DNA from: Sinorhizobium meliloti | Lineage (GTDB): Bacteria > Pseudomonadota > Alphaproteobacteria > Rhizobiales > Rhizobiaceae | Length of the DNA stretch: 32,000 nt | NCBI RefSeq assembly: GCF_017876815.1 | Contig: NZ_JAGIOS010000001.1 | Span: 420,001 to 452,000, forward strand | Direction of reading: 5' to 3' | Part shown: in pieces, positions 1 through 8,913 of the stretch | Layout of the letters: every line of letters begins with the position of its first letter | Position numbering within the stretch: the first letter of the stretch is position 1 | The notes under the pieces: model-generated | What the model was told of the DNA's origin: nothing | The model's input: only the letters and a program-made list of their open reading frames with translations | Database searches by the model: none | Position numbers and translations under genes: made by a program

Positions 1-643
1 CGCCTTCCGGACCGAACTTGTCGAGCTTGTCGATGGCGCGCAGCACCGTCAGCCGCGTATTCGTCTGCTCGACTCCGCCGAGACCGATCGCCTCCAGGAC
101 GCCGTCGAGGACCTTGCGGTTGTTGACGCGGATCACGTAATCGCCGCGGGCAATGCCGAGCGCCTCCATCGTGTCGGCCATCATCATGCACATTTCGGCA
201 TCGGCCTGCACGCCGGCGGCACCGACCGTGTCGGCATCGAACTGCATGAACTGGCGGAAGCGGCCCGGGCCCGGCTTCTCGTTGCGGAAAACGTAACCGG
301 CGCGATAGGTACGATAGGGAAGCTGGATTTCATTGAAATTCTCGGCCACGTGACGTGCGAGAGGCGCGGTCAGATCGTAGCGCAGGCTCAGCCACTGGTC
401 GTCGTCGTCGGTCAGCGAAAAGACGCCTTCATTCGGCCGGTCGCTGTCGGGCAGGAACTTGCCGAGCGCGTCGGTATATTCGAAGAGCGGCGTTTCCACC
501 GGATCGAAGCCGTAGCGTTCATAGACCTCGCGGATTTTCGCGATCATCTCGTCGACGGCGCGAATGTCCGCGGCCGACCGGTCGACGAAGCCGCGCGGCA
601 GGCGTGCCCTGAGCTTCTGCGTTTTCTTCTGTTTTTCATTCAT
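1..643 (-). CDS. hisS: Histidine--tRNA ligase, N-terminal part (truncated by window edge)
   Basis: Hand translation of the minus strand from ATG at 643 gives [56 protein letters not shown]...[12 protein letters not shown]...[29 protein letters not shown]. These are the class II HisRS motifs. The ORF runs open to position 1, so it is absent from the ORF track. Confidence 0.9.
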   Translation of the reverse strand, partial: MNEKQKKTQKLRARLPRGFVDRSAADIRAVDEMIAKIREVYERYGFDPVETPLFEYTDALGKFLPDSDRPNEGVFSLTDDDDQWLSLRYDLTAPLARHVAENFNEIQLPYRTYRAGYVFRNEKPGPGRFRQFMQFDADTVGAAGVQADAEMCMMMADTMEALGIARGDYVIRVNNRKVLDGVLEAIGLGGVEQTNTRLTVLRAIDKLDKFGPEG

Positions 644-875
644 TGAAAGCATTCCGGACTTCAAGCTTGGTCGGTGCCTTCCCTACCGGATCATGGCAGG
701 GGCGGCAAGGGCGGCGACAAGCCGCGAGACCGCGCGCGTGCGGGCTTCCGGAACATTGCGGCGTTGCATGCGTTCCTGCGCCAAAGCTGCGATCACAATG
801 CCGTGATTGTATATCTTACCGTTTACGCGTATAAGTTACGCAGCAGATCGAGCGCGAGTTTGGGGACTGAGCGAT

Positions 876-1301
876 ATGCTGAACTTCATGACACCGGGAT
901 CCGGAGCCATAAAGCCTTTGAGTCCGGAGACGCACAGAGCCTGGACCCGCCGCGTCTCGCAGGCGGGCTGCCTGGTGGAGCCGTGGCGCTGCGACCTTTC
1001 CAGCGGCGCCTTCATGATAGGTTCCAAAACCGCCGCCCTCCTCGGACTGCGGCGCAATCCCTGCGGCATCATCGACCTTGTCAGGGCCTATGACAGAGGC
1101 GACCGGTCCACGATCCTGAATATTCTGGAACAGGCGACGGAAAGCTCCTCGTCCTTCTGCTTCTCGACCACCGTCCGCGGCGCAACGGGACATCCTTCCC
1201 CGCTTTATTGCATCGGCAATTCGACACTTACGGACGAGGGCGCAGAGGGTTCGCTCGAAGGCGTGTTCGCGCTACCCGAGACTGAAAAACCGAACGCGTA
1301 A
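876..1301 (+). CDS. Hypothetical protein (141 aa), no family recognised
   Basis: Part of the 807..1301 ORF. ATG at 876 (MLNFMTPGSG...). G/C-rich third codon positions are typical of coding sequence in this genome. It is divergent from hisS. I recognise no motif. ATG at 888 is an alternative start. Confidence 0.5.
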   Translation: MLNFMTPGSGAIKPLSPETHRAWTRRVSQAGCLVEPWRCDLSSGAFMIGSKTAALLGLRRNPCGIIDLVRAYDRGDRSTILNILEQATESSSSFCFSTTVRGATGHPSPLYCIGNSTLTDEGAEGSLEGVFALPETEKPNA

Positions 1302-1374
1302 CGGCGCGTGCCAATTTCCATCATCTTTGCATTCTGTCCCCCCGTCAGCGGCGGACTCGATGAAAGGAAACGAT

Positions 1375-1761
1375 ATGGTCCCCAAACGATTCATGGCTGC
1401 CCTGTTTCTCGCCGCCACATTCGCTGCTGCTCCCGCGCTCGCGCAGGAGACCGACCACGGCAGCATGCATCACGGTTCGGCAGAAAGCGGCGCGGCGGGT
1501 GACGCGTCCCCGTCGAGCAAGGCCTTCGCCGAGGCGAACGCCAAGATGCACAAGGACATGGACATCGCCTTCAGCGGCAATGCCGATCTCGATTTCGTAC
1601 GCGCCATGATCGCTCACCACCAGGGAGCGATCGACATGGCGAAGGTCGAGCTCGAACACGGCAAGGACGAAGCAATCCGCAAACTCGCCGATGACATCAT
1701 CAAGGCACAGGAAGCAGAGATCAGGATGATGAAGGAATGGCTGGCCCACAATGGCGGCTAG
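1375..1761 (+). CDS. DUF305 family periplasmic protein (copper-resistance-associated, CopM-like family)
   Basis: Signal peptide MVPKRFMAALFLAATFAAAPALA, then the DUF305 signature DLDFVRAMIAHHQGAIDMAK and a His/Met-rich N-terminus. SD-like AAAGGAAA lies just upstream of ATG 1375. ATG 1360 is an alternative start. Confidence 0.85.
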   Translation: MVPKRFMAALFLAATFAAAPALAQETDHGSMHHGSAESGAAGDASPSSKAFAEANAKMHKDMDIAFSGNADLDFVRAMIAHHQGAIDMAKVELEHGKDEAIRKLADDIIKAQEAEIRMMKEWLAHNGG

Positions 1762-1950
1762 AGCACCGTTAGGGACGTGCGCAGCCTTTTCTGTTCAAAG
1801 AAGACCGGGACGAACGTTTAACGTGACGAACGGAAAGATTTTCGCGTTTGGACCCGGTGCCACTCGGCTCCGAGGCGGCACCGATATTGACAGTGGGCCG
1901 CAAGCTCCTCTTCCATAGGCACAGGTGCCATGACGTCAAGAGGGGAAACG

Positions 1951-3408
1951 ATGACGATACCACCCGGTGCATCTCCACAATTGTACAACGAAGACCTCGC
2001 GCCCGCCAAAGAACGCAACTGGGGCGCATTCTCCATTTTCAACGTCTGGACATCGGACGTGCACAGCCTTTGGGGATATTATCTCGCCGCCAGCCTGTTT
2101 CTCTTCTGCGGAAGCTTCATGAACTTCCTCCTGGCCATCGGCATCGGCTCGCTCATCATCTTCTTCCTGATGCAGCTTGTCGGCGTTGCCGGCGTGCGCA
2201 CCGGTGTGCCATTCCCGGTCCTGGCCCGGGCGTCCTTCGGTATCTGGGGCGCGAACTTCCCGGCAATCGTCCGCGCCATCGTCGCGTGCTTCTGGTACGG
2301 TGCGCAGACGGCGGCAGCCTCGGGCGCCATCGTCGCGCTGCTTGTCCGCAATGAAAGCCTGCTTCAGTTCCACCAGTCGAGCCACATGCTCGGTCATTCC
2401 ACCCTCGAACTCGTCTGCTACGTCGTCGTTTGGGGTCTTCAACTGCTGATCATCCAGAACGGCATGGAAACGGTTAGAAAATTTCAGGACTGGGCCGGTC
2501 CAGCAGTCTGGGTGATGATGCTGCTGCTTGCGATCTATCTCGTCGTCAAGGCTGGCGGCTTCTCGTTCAGCCACACGATCCCGATGGACGTGTTGCTTGA
2601 AAAGACCAAGAACGCCGGCGTGCCGGGGGTACCGGGGTCGTTCGCCGCGCTTGGCGCGGTGGCCGCGATCTGGGTCACCTATTTCTCCGCGCTCTATCTC
2701 AATTTCTGCGACTTCTCGCGCTACTGCCCGAGCGAACGGTCGCTGAAGGTCGGCAATCTCTGGGGCCTGCCGGTCAACCTCATCCTGTTCTCGCTGGTTG
2801 CCGGCGTCACCACCATCGCCGCCTTCAATGTCTATGGCGAGGTGCTGCTGCACCCCGACCAGATTTCGGCCAAGTTCGACAGCTGGTTCCTGGCGCTGCT
2901 CGCCGCGCTGACCTTCGCGGTGGCGACTCTCGGCATCAACGTCGTCGCCAACTTCGTCTCGCCCGCCTTCGACTTCGCCAACGTCTTTCCCAAGCACATC
3001 GACTTCAAGAAGGGTGGCTATATCGCGGCGCTGATCGCCCTCGCGCTCTATCCCTTCGCGCCTTGGGAAGGGGGGGCTGCGCACTTCGTCAACATGATCG
3101 GTAATACGATGGGCCCGATCTTCGGCGTCATGATGGTCGACTACTACCTCATCCGAAAGGGCCGCGTGGATGTGGAGGCGCTCTACCGCGAAGACGGCGA
3201 GTTCCGCTTCGAGAACGGCTGGCACGTCAACGCGCTGATCGCCGCCGGCATCGGGATCGTCTTCTCCTCGATCCTGCCGGGGCTTACATCCGTCATGCCG
3301 GCCTGGTGGGGTGTCTACGGCTGGTTCTTCGGCGTCGCCATAGCCGGTGCGATATACTACGCGCTCCGCTCCTTCAAATCGGCCAGGCCATACCCGGCCC
3401 AACCCTGA
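1951..3408 (+). CDS. NCS1 family nucleobase:cation symporter (cytosine/allantoin/hydantoin-type permease)
   Basis: Twelve-TM-type hydrophobic protein with the NCS1 N-terminal motif LYNEDLAPAKERNWGAFSIFNVWTSDVHSLWGY. SD GAGGGGAAA precedes ATG 1951. The in-frame ATG at 1930 has no SD. Confidence 0.9.
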   Translation: MTIPPGASPQLYNEDLAPAKERNWGAFSIFNVWTSDVHSLWGYYLAASLFLFCGSFMNFLLAIGIGSLIIFFLMQLVGVAGVRTGVPFPVLARASFGIWGANFPAIVRAIVACFWYGAQTAAASGAIVALLVRNESLLQFHQSSHMLGHSTLELVCYVVVWGLQLLIIQNGMETVRKFQDWAGPAVWVMMLLLAIYLVVKAGGFSFSHTIPMDVLLEKTKNAGVPGVPGSFAALGAVAAIWVTYFSALYLNFCDFSRYCPSERSLKVGNLWGLPVNLILFSLVAGVTTIAAFNVYGEVLLHPDQISAKFDSWFLALLAALTFAVATLGINVVANFVSPAFDFANVFPKHIDFKKGGYIAALIALALYPFAPWEGGAAHFVNMIGNTMGPIFGVMMVDYYLIRKGRVDVEALYREDGEFRFENGWHVNALIAAGIGIVFSSILPGLTSVMPAWWGVYGWFFGVAIAGAIYYALRSFKSARPYPAQP

Positions 3409-3429
3409 TGGTTTAATCGCTGTCAGAGA

Positions 3430-3464
3430 ACATCGCCCTCTCCATCGAACGGGGAGGGCGATGT
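3430..3464. terminator. GC-rich hairpin between the convergent NCS1 and tag genes (possible bidirectional terminator)
   Basis: Arms acatcgccctctcc (3430-3443) and ggggagggcgatgt (3451-3464) form 14 bp with one mismatch and a 7-nt loop. There is no clear U-tract. Confidence 0.4.
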
Positions 3465-3482
3465 CCTTACCGGATGCGGCAA

Positions 3483-4118
3483 TCAGGCCGCCGGACGTGC
3501 GAAGCGCCGGCGCAGGTCCTCTATCGGCGCGCGGCAGAAGCAGCCCTCGATATGGTCGTTGACGAGGCCCATCGCCTGCATGAAGGCATAGACGGTCGTC
3601 GGGCCGACAAAGGTCCAGCCGCGCTTCTTCAGATCCTTCGAAATCCGCACCGAGGCCGGCGTCGTCGGATTGGCGATGAGGGTCTCGAAATCGACGATCT
3701 GCGGACGCTCGCTTCCATCGGGCTCATGCGACCAGAAATAGGAGGCCAGTGAACCGAATTCCGCGCGCAGTTCCTTCGCGCGGCGCGCATTGTTGATGGT
3801 CGATACGATCTTGCCGCGATGGCGGACGATGCCGGCATCGGCGAGGCAACGCTCGACGTCCTCCTCGCCGAACTCGGCGACCTTGTCGAAGTCGAAGCCC
3901 GCAAATGCGGCGCGAAACGCATCACGCTTTCTCAGGATCGTCAGCCAGGAGAGGCCCGACTGAAAGCCTTCGAGGCAGATCTTTTCGAACAACCTGTGAT
4001 CGTCGGCGACCGGCCGGCCCCATTCTTCGTCGTGATAGCGGCGGTAATCCTCCAGATTGCCGTGCCAAGCACAGCGATCAAGACCGTCGTCCCCCGTAAT
4101 CAAGCCCCTGGCTGCCAT
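3483..4118 (-). CDS. tag: DNA-3-methyladenine glycosylase I
   Basis: Tag family signature DRCAWHGN...YHDEEWGRP...LFEKICLEGFQSGLSWLTILRKR...GPTTVYAFMQAMGLVNDHIEGCF. SD GGAGAGAGG precedes ATG 4118. Upstream in-frame starts at 4133 and 4172 are less likely. Confidence 0.9.
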   Translation of the reverse strand: MAARGLITGDDGLDRCAWHGNLEDYRRYHDEEWGRPVADDHRLFEKICLEGFQSGLSWLTILRKRDAFRAAFAGFDFDKVAEFGEEDVERCLADAGIVRHRGKIVSTINNARRAKELRAEFGSLASYFWSHEPDGSERPQIVDFETLIANPTTPASVRISKDLKKRGWTFVGPTTVYAFMQAMGLVNDHIEGCFCRAPIEDLRRRFARPAA

Positions 4119-4403
4119 TTCGCCTCTCTCCATCGTTTCTCTTTTGTTCCGTTTACCATTTGCAAACCACATCGATAAAGAGGCGAATAACCCTACCCAA
4201 AGCTTTATTGCCGCGGCCGCCCTTCAGCGCGGCGCCGTTTACCGTTCGGTTGCGGACAGGTGAGAGCATCGCGCAATTGCCGGAGCACTGGAACGCGCAT
4301 GCGATTTCCCGAGCTCCGCCCCATTGAATTGAACGAAAGGCCTGGGCGGGACAACTCACCCGGGCTCCTCCAGATTGTTCCGGCCAAGTAGCGAGTCCGT
4401 CCG

Positions 4404-5144
4404 ATGCTCAAGAAATCCCTTTGTCTTGCCGCATGCTTATTCTCGATCCTTTCCGGGGTTGCAGGCGCGCAGGACCGTTATCAAAACCGTCCGCCCGTCA
4501 TCGTCAGCCCGGATCTGACCGCCCCCTGGGTGATGCAGCTGACGGGCGAGCGCGTGGTCTATCGCCAGCAGGTACCCAAGACCACCCGAAAGCGGCTTGA
4601 GCGGCGCGAGCTCAGCCGCCGCCCCGCCAACGCAGCCGTTCAGCCAGCCTCGATCGCGCGCAGGCAGAAGCCTGCAAAGTCGCAAATCGATCCGCAGTTC
4701 CTCCCGCAGATGATCGCTTACGAGACGAAGGAGAAGCCCGGGACCATCGTCATCGACACCAACAACCGCTTTCTCTATCTCGTCACCGGCAACGGCGAGG
4801 CGCGGCGCTACGGCGTCGGCGTCGGCAAGCCGGGCTTCGAATGGGCCGGAGAGCACAGGATCACGCGCAAGGCCGAGTGGCCCAACTGGACGCCCCCGCA
4901 GGAAATGATCGCGCGCGAGGCAGCCCGGGGTCACTATCTGCCAGCCCGGATGGACGGCGGCCCGGAGAATCCGCTCGGCGCTCGCGCCATGTATCTAGGC
5001 TCGACGCTCTATCGCATCCACGGCACCAATGCACCGTGGACGATCGGCTACGGCGTTTCCTCCGGCTGTATCCGCATGCGCAACGAGGATGTGGTCGATC
5101 TTTATGAGAGGGTGAAGGTCGGCACAAAAGTCATCGTGATATAG
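4404..5144 (+). CDS. L,D-transpeptidase (YkuD/ErfK family), secreted
   Basis: N-terminal signal peptide. YkuD catalytic motif ...YRIHGTNAPWTIGYGVSSGCIRMRNEDVVDLY. Confidence 0.9.
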   Translation: MLKKSLCLAACLFSILSGVAGAQDRYQNRPPVIVSPDLTAPWVMQLTGERVVYRQQVPKTTRKRLERRELSRRPANAAVQPASIARRQKPAKSQIDPQFLPQMIAYETKEKPGTIVIDTNNRFLYLVTGNGEARRYGVGVGKPGFEWAGEHRITRKAEWPNWTPPQEMIAREAARGHYLPARMDGGPENPLGARAMYLGSTLYRIHGTNAPWTIGYGVSSGCIRMRNEDVVDLYERVKVGTKVIVI

Positions 5145-5334
5145 CGACTATGGATGCACAATACTTCTTCCGCGTTTTCTCTCTTCAACTCCCAAAAACG
5201 TGGTTTTGAAGCAACAGATGTTCCCTCAGATACAAGTCTTACCGAAATCGCCGCACTATAGAATGTATCGCGGGCGTCCACTTGCGGTTAAATCGCGTGG
5301 CTTGCTTGCAACGAGGGTTCAGAGGGAATCGTAA

Positions 5335-6030
5335 ATGAGACGTCATGTCACGGGGATGGCCGCGCTTGCAGTCGCGGCCGCTGCTCTTCTTATTTCCGCA
5401 AACGCTTCGGCATTCAGCCCGGCCGATATTGCCGGCGCGGGCGTAAAGCGTTCCGACATCATTCAGGTCGCCAAGCAGAAGAAGCCACCTCAGAGATATT
5501 GGCGCACCAAGGTGCGCTTCCGCACGGACGAGGCCCCCGGCACCATCATCGTCGATACCAACAGCAAGTATCTTTATTACATCGATGGCCCCAACCGGGC
5601 GACGCGCTATGGCATCGGCGTCGGCCGCGACGGTTTCGGCTGGTCCGGTGTCGTCAAGGTTGGCCGAAAGGCCGAGTGGCCGAGCTGGACGCCGCCGGCC
5701 GAGATGCGTGTGCGAGAAAGAGCGAAGGGTCGGATCCTGCCCATCACCCAGCCCGGAGGCATCGACAATCCACTCGGCGCCCGCGCGCTCTATCTCTACA
5801 AGGGCGGCCGCGACACGATCTTCCGTATCCACGGGACCAACCAGCCCTGGACCATCGGTCAGAACATGTCCTCGGGCTGCATCCGGATGATGAACGAGGA
5901 TGTCGAACACCTCTATGAGCGTGCCGGCATCGGCACGAAAGTCGTCGTCATCGGCCCCGGCAGCAAGCCCGGCGACACCTATTTCGACGATCGCGGCGTC
6001 GACATTTTCCGCACGATTTTCGGCGGTTGA
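5335..6030 (+). CDS. L,D-transpeptidase (YkuD/ErfK family), secreted; paralog of the upstream gene
   Basis: Signal peptide MRRHVTGMAALAVAAAALLISANASA. Motif FRIHGTNQPWTIGQNMSSGCIRMMNEDVEHLY. SD GAGGGAA precedes ATG 5335. Confidence 0.9.
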   Translation: MRRHVTGMAALAVAAAALLISANASAFSPADIAGAGVKRSDIIQVAKQKKPPQRYWRTKVRFRTDEAPGTIIVDTNSKYLYYIDGPNRATRYGIGVGRDGFGWSGVVKVGRKAEWPSWTPPAEMRVRERAKGRILPITQPGGIDNPLGARALYLYKGGRDTIFRIHGTNQPWTIGQNMSSGCIRMMNEDVEHLYERAGIGTKVVVIGPGSKPGDTYFDDRGVDIFRTIFGG

Positions 6031-6091
6031 CGGCCGGAAGGGAGGGCCGCACCGGCAGGATTCCTTCGACGTCCGGTTTACGCCGCGTGTG

Positions 6092-6250
6092 GCCCCTCAT
6101 CCCGCTGCCGCGACCTTCTCCCCGTCTGACGGGGAGAAGGAACAAGCGGCTGCGCTAGCAATTCTCCCGCACCGATGAGGAGGTAGAGCGCGCAGCGAGT
6201 CCCTTCGCCCCGCTTGCGGGGAGAAGGTGCCGGCAGGCGGATGAGGGGGC
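6092..6250. repeat. Composite inverted pair of rhizobial REP/RIME-like intergenic repeat units
   Basis: Unit A (6092-6140) is gcccctcatcccgctgccgcga plus the hairpin ccttctcccc-gtctgac-ggggagaagg. Unit B (6201-6250) is the hairpin ccttcgcccc-gcttgc-ggggagaagg plus tgccggcaggcggatgagggggc. The outer arms are near reverse complements of each other. The region is non-coding and lies between ldt and glcF. Confidence 0.7.
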
Positions 6251-6268
6251 CTGCTCACCCCCTGACTG

Positions 6269-7561
6269 TCACAACCCCGCCGGCTTCGGGCCGCCATAGG
6301 CCCAGTCGAGCAGCTCCACCGTGTGCAGGATCGGTATCTCCGTGCCGCTGGCGATCTGCGTGATGCAGCCGATATTGCCGGTAGCGATCACTTCAGGCTT
6401 GGTCGCCTCTATATTTCTGACCTTCCGCGCCTTCAGCTTCGCCGAGATCTCAGGCTGCAGGATGTTGTAGGTTCCGGCCGAACCGCAACAGAGATGCCCC
6501 TCCGCCGGCTCGCGAACCGAAAAGCCCGCCCGTTTCAGGAGCTGCTTCGGTGCCGAGGTGATTTTCTGTCCATGCTGCATCGAGCAGGCGGAGTGGTAGG
6601 CAACGGTGAGATTCCGTGCCCCCTGCTCCGGCAGGTCGAGGGTCGCGAGATATTCGGTGACGTCCTTGGCCAGCGCGGAAACCCTCGCAGCCTTTTCCGC
6701 ATATGCCGGATCTAGTCGCAGCATATGACCGTAATCCTTGATCGTCGTGCCGCAGCCGGATGCGGTAATGATGATGGCGTCGAGCCCATCCTCCTCCGCC
6801 GCCTTCAGCCAGACATCGATGTTGTGCCGGCCAGCCTGCAGTGCCTGCTCGTCCCGTCCCATGTGATGGACGAGCGCCCCGCAACAGCCCTCTCCCGCCG
6901 AAACGACCACCTCGACCCCCTGGCCCGTGAGCAGACGGATGGTCGCATCGTTGATTTCCGGCCGCAGCACCGGCTGCGCGCAGCCGGTCAGAAGCGCAAC
7001 GCGGGCGCGCGGCGTGCCCTTTGCCGCGTAGACAGCCGGTTTTGCCCCACGCGCTGCCGGCAGCGCGCTCGGCGCCAGATCGAGCATGACGCCGAAGGTC
7101 CTGAGGAAGGGAACCCTCTTCAGCAATCCGGCGAGCGGGCGCGCAAGACCGGCAGCCCCGAGCGCCAGCCGGAACCGTGACGGATAAGGAAGAGTGGCGG
7201 CAATGACGGAGCGGGCGAGCCGGTCCTTGAACGGCCGCTTATAGGTCTTCTCGATATGGGCACGGGCGTGGTCGACGAGATGCATGTAGTCGACGCCCGA
7301 AGGACAGGTGGTGAGGCATGAAAGACACGAGAGACAGCGGTCGATATGGGTGACGGTCTCGCTGTCTGCCGCACGGCCGTTTTCGAGCATGTCCTTGATC
7401 AGGTAGATTCGCCCGCGCGGACTGTCGAGTTCGTCGCCGAGGACCACATAGGTCGGACAGGTGGCCGTGCAGAAACCGCAATGCACGCATTTGCGCAGGA
7501 TCGTTTCGGATTCGGCGACATGCGGGTCGGCGAGCTGCTCAGGGGAGAAGTTGGTCTGCAA
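6269..7561 (-). CDS. glcF: Glycolate oxidase iron-sulfur subunit
   Basis: Two 4Fe-4S ferredoxin motifs (CVHCGFCTATCP and CLSCLSCLTTCP) and C-terminal CCG domains (CCGSAG). The N-terminus MQTNFSPEQL... aligns with the GlcF MQT start if TTG at 7561 is used (SD GGAG upstream). ATG 7633 is an alternative start. Confidence 0.9.
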   Translation of the reverse strand: MQTNFSPEQLADPHVAESETILRKCVHCGFCTATCPTYVVLGDELDSPRGRIYLIKDMLENGRAADSETVTHIDRCLSCLSCLTTCPSGVDYMHLVDHARAHIEKTYKRPFKDRLARSVIAATLPYPSRFRLALGAAGLARPLAGLLKRVPFLRTFGVMLDLAPSALPAARGAKPAVYAAKGTPRARVALLTGCAQPVLRPEINDATIRLLTGQGVEVVVSAGEGCCGALVHHMGRDEQALQAGRHNIDVWLKAAEEDGLDAIIITASGCGTTIKDYGHMLRLDPAYAEKAARVSALAKDVTEYLATLDLPEQGARNLTVAYHSACSMQHGQKITSAPKQLLKRAGFSVREPAEGHLCCGSAGTYNILQPEISAKLKARKVRNIEATKPEVIATGNIGCITQIASGTEIPILHTVELLDWAYGGPKPAGL

Positions 7562-7695
7562 CCGAGTACTCCATGTGGCGCCTTGCGGCCTTTGGATCAC
7601 TTTGATCTCCGTCGGGCTGGCCGGAAATCGCATGATCGATTCTCTTCGTCTTAGGCCGATCTTTTAGACCGCACGATGGCGAAAGGCCCCTTCGC

Positions 7696-8913
7696 CTAGT
7701 TCCGGACCAACGCTGCTGCGCGCCCCGGATTGAATATGCCCGACGGGTCGAATTGGGCGCGGATGCGTTCCGACAATCGTGCCACGGCCGGGGGCTGCGG
7801 TTCAAAGGCCGGAATGCGGCCGCGCGCCTCCTCGCCGGCACGCAGAAGCGCCGCATGTCCGCCACCGACCGCGCCGATATAACGGCGGAGCAGCTCCGCC
7901 TCCGGGTCTGCCTCCATGCGCAGCCACACCAGACCGCCCTGCCAGTCGTAGAAGGCATCGACGCCGGTCTGCAGGCGCAATGCGGCGACGAGCTGATGGC
8001 CCGCGGAAGGGGCGACCGATATGCGCCACAAAGGCCGTCTGGTGCCATCGGCATAGGGCTTTACGTCGCGGATTTCCGCCCACAGGGTTCTTGTCTGCGC
8101 CTCGTCGAGCTGCGATATCCGCCCGAAGCGCGATAGTTTTTCGCCAAGCTTCTCCGCCCGAATGGCAACGGATGCCGCGAGGCCTTCGAGGCGCAGCACC
8201 GTTGCGGCGCCATCCGGCAATGCACCGTCGAGAAAGCGGCTTCGCACGCTCTCCGGCAGATGCGACGCACCCGAAACCTCCACCGGCTGCGCCATGGCCT
8301 CGGCCATCACCGCGGCGGCTTCCGCATCGTTCAGCCCGGAGACGACGACGGTCGCCGCCGCCGGCGGCAGTGGCAGCACCTTGAAGGTGACTTCGGTCAG
8401 AATGCCGAGCGTGCCGTAGGACCCCGCCATGAGCTTGACGAGATCGAGCCCCGTCACGTTCTTCATCACCCGGCCGCCGGCCTTTATGGGTTCTCCCCGG
8501 CCGTTGACGAAACGCACCCCGAGCAGGCTGTCGCGAGCGGCACCGGCGACGTAGCGGCGAGGCCCAGAGACATTGGCGGCGAAGACCCCGCCGATCGTCG
8601 GTTCGCCCGTCGTTGCGAAAATCGGCCGGTGGTCCATCGGTTCGAAGGAGAGCATCTGGCCCTTGGCGTGCAGTGCCGCCTCGACTTCGGCAACCGGCGT
8701 TCCGGCAAGCGCACTCATGGTCATCTCGGCCGGGTCATAGGTGACGATGCCGGAAAGGCGCCTGGTCGAGAGCGTCCTGTCCGCACGCACGGGATTGCCG
8801 AGACCTGCGCGCGTGCCGCCGCCGACCACGGCGAGCGTGACGCGTTCGGCCGCCGCGGAACGCACGACGGACGCGATCCCCTCCTCGCTTGCCGGTTCGA
8901 AATGGACGATCAT
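7696..8913 (-). CDS. glcE: Glycolate oxidase FAD-binding subunit
   Basis: FAD-binding PCMH-type domain (VVGGGTRAGLG...). The ATG at 8913 overlaps the glcD stop (ATGA), which indicates translational coupling. The long Arg-rich N-terminal extension in the ORF track is not credible. Confidence 0.9.
   Translation of the reverse strand: MIVHFEPASEEGIASVVRSAAAERVTLAVVGGGTRAGLGNPVRADRTLSTRRLSGIVTYDPAEMTMSALAGTPVAEVEAALHAKGQMLSFEPMDHRPIFATTGEPTIGGVFAANVSGPRRYVAGAARDSLLGVRFVNGRGEPIKAGGRVMKNVTGLDLVKLMAGSYGTLGILTEVTFKVLPLPPAAATVVVSGLNDAEAAAVMAEAMAQPVEVSGASHLPESVRSRFLDGALPDGAATVLRLEGLAASVAIRAEKLGEKLSRFGRISQLDEAQTRTLWAEIRDVKPYADGTRRPLWRISVAPSAGHQLVAALRLQTGVDAFYDWQGGLVWLRMEADPEAELLRRYIGAVGGGHAALLRAGEEARGRIPAFEPQPPAVARLSERIRAQFDPSGIFNPGRAAALVRN

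Noticed and set aside
1762-1950. Possible riboswitch (for example TPP) in the 190-nt leader of the NCS1 transporter. A GC-rich hairpin lies at 1855-1883.
   Set aside because: I could not find the conserved TPP-riboswitch elements (CUGAGA and ACCUGAUCUGGAUAAUGCCAGCG-like) or any other riboswitch core I recognise. Only a generic hairpin is present. A covariance-model scan would be needed to revisit this.
1936-3402. A 488-aa ORF antisense to the NCS1 permease. Similar long antisense or out-of-frame ORFs occur at 8889-10484 (+), 10558-11442 (-), 11453-12649 (+), 12831-13922 (-), 15133-16296 (-), 17341-18450 (-), 20937-21896 (-), 23567-24706 (+), 25707-27602 (+) and 29632-30372 (-).
   Set aside because: These are typical high-GC shadow ORFs. 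Their translations are Arg/Gly/Asp/His-rich low-complexity sequence with no motifs. Each fully overlaps a gene whose translation has clear family signatures.
5900-6297. Small ORFs (92, 65 and 66 aa) spanning the region downstream of the second ldt gene.
   Set aside because: They are translations of the REP/RIME-like repeat units, giving peptides such as ...FSPSDGEK... and ...FSPQAGRRD.... They have no SD and lie on both strands across the same palindrome.
7562-7695. A 134-nt gap between glcE and glcF, with a small hairpin overlapping the glcE stop (7678-7696). I considered a hidden small gene or an internal terminator.
   Set aside because: The only ORF here is the N-terminal extension of glcF from ATG 7633, which does not match the conserved MQT... 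GlcF start. The hairpin is short and lacks a U-tract. The gap is most simply an intercistronic spacer.
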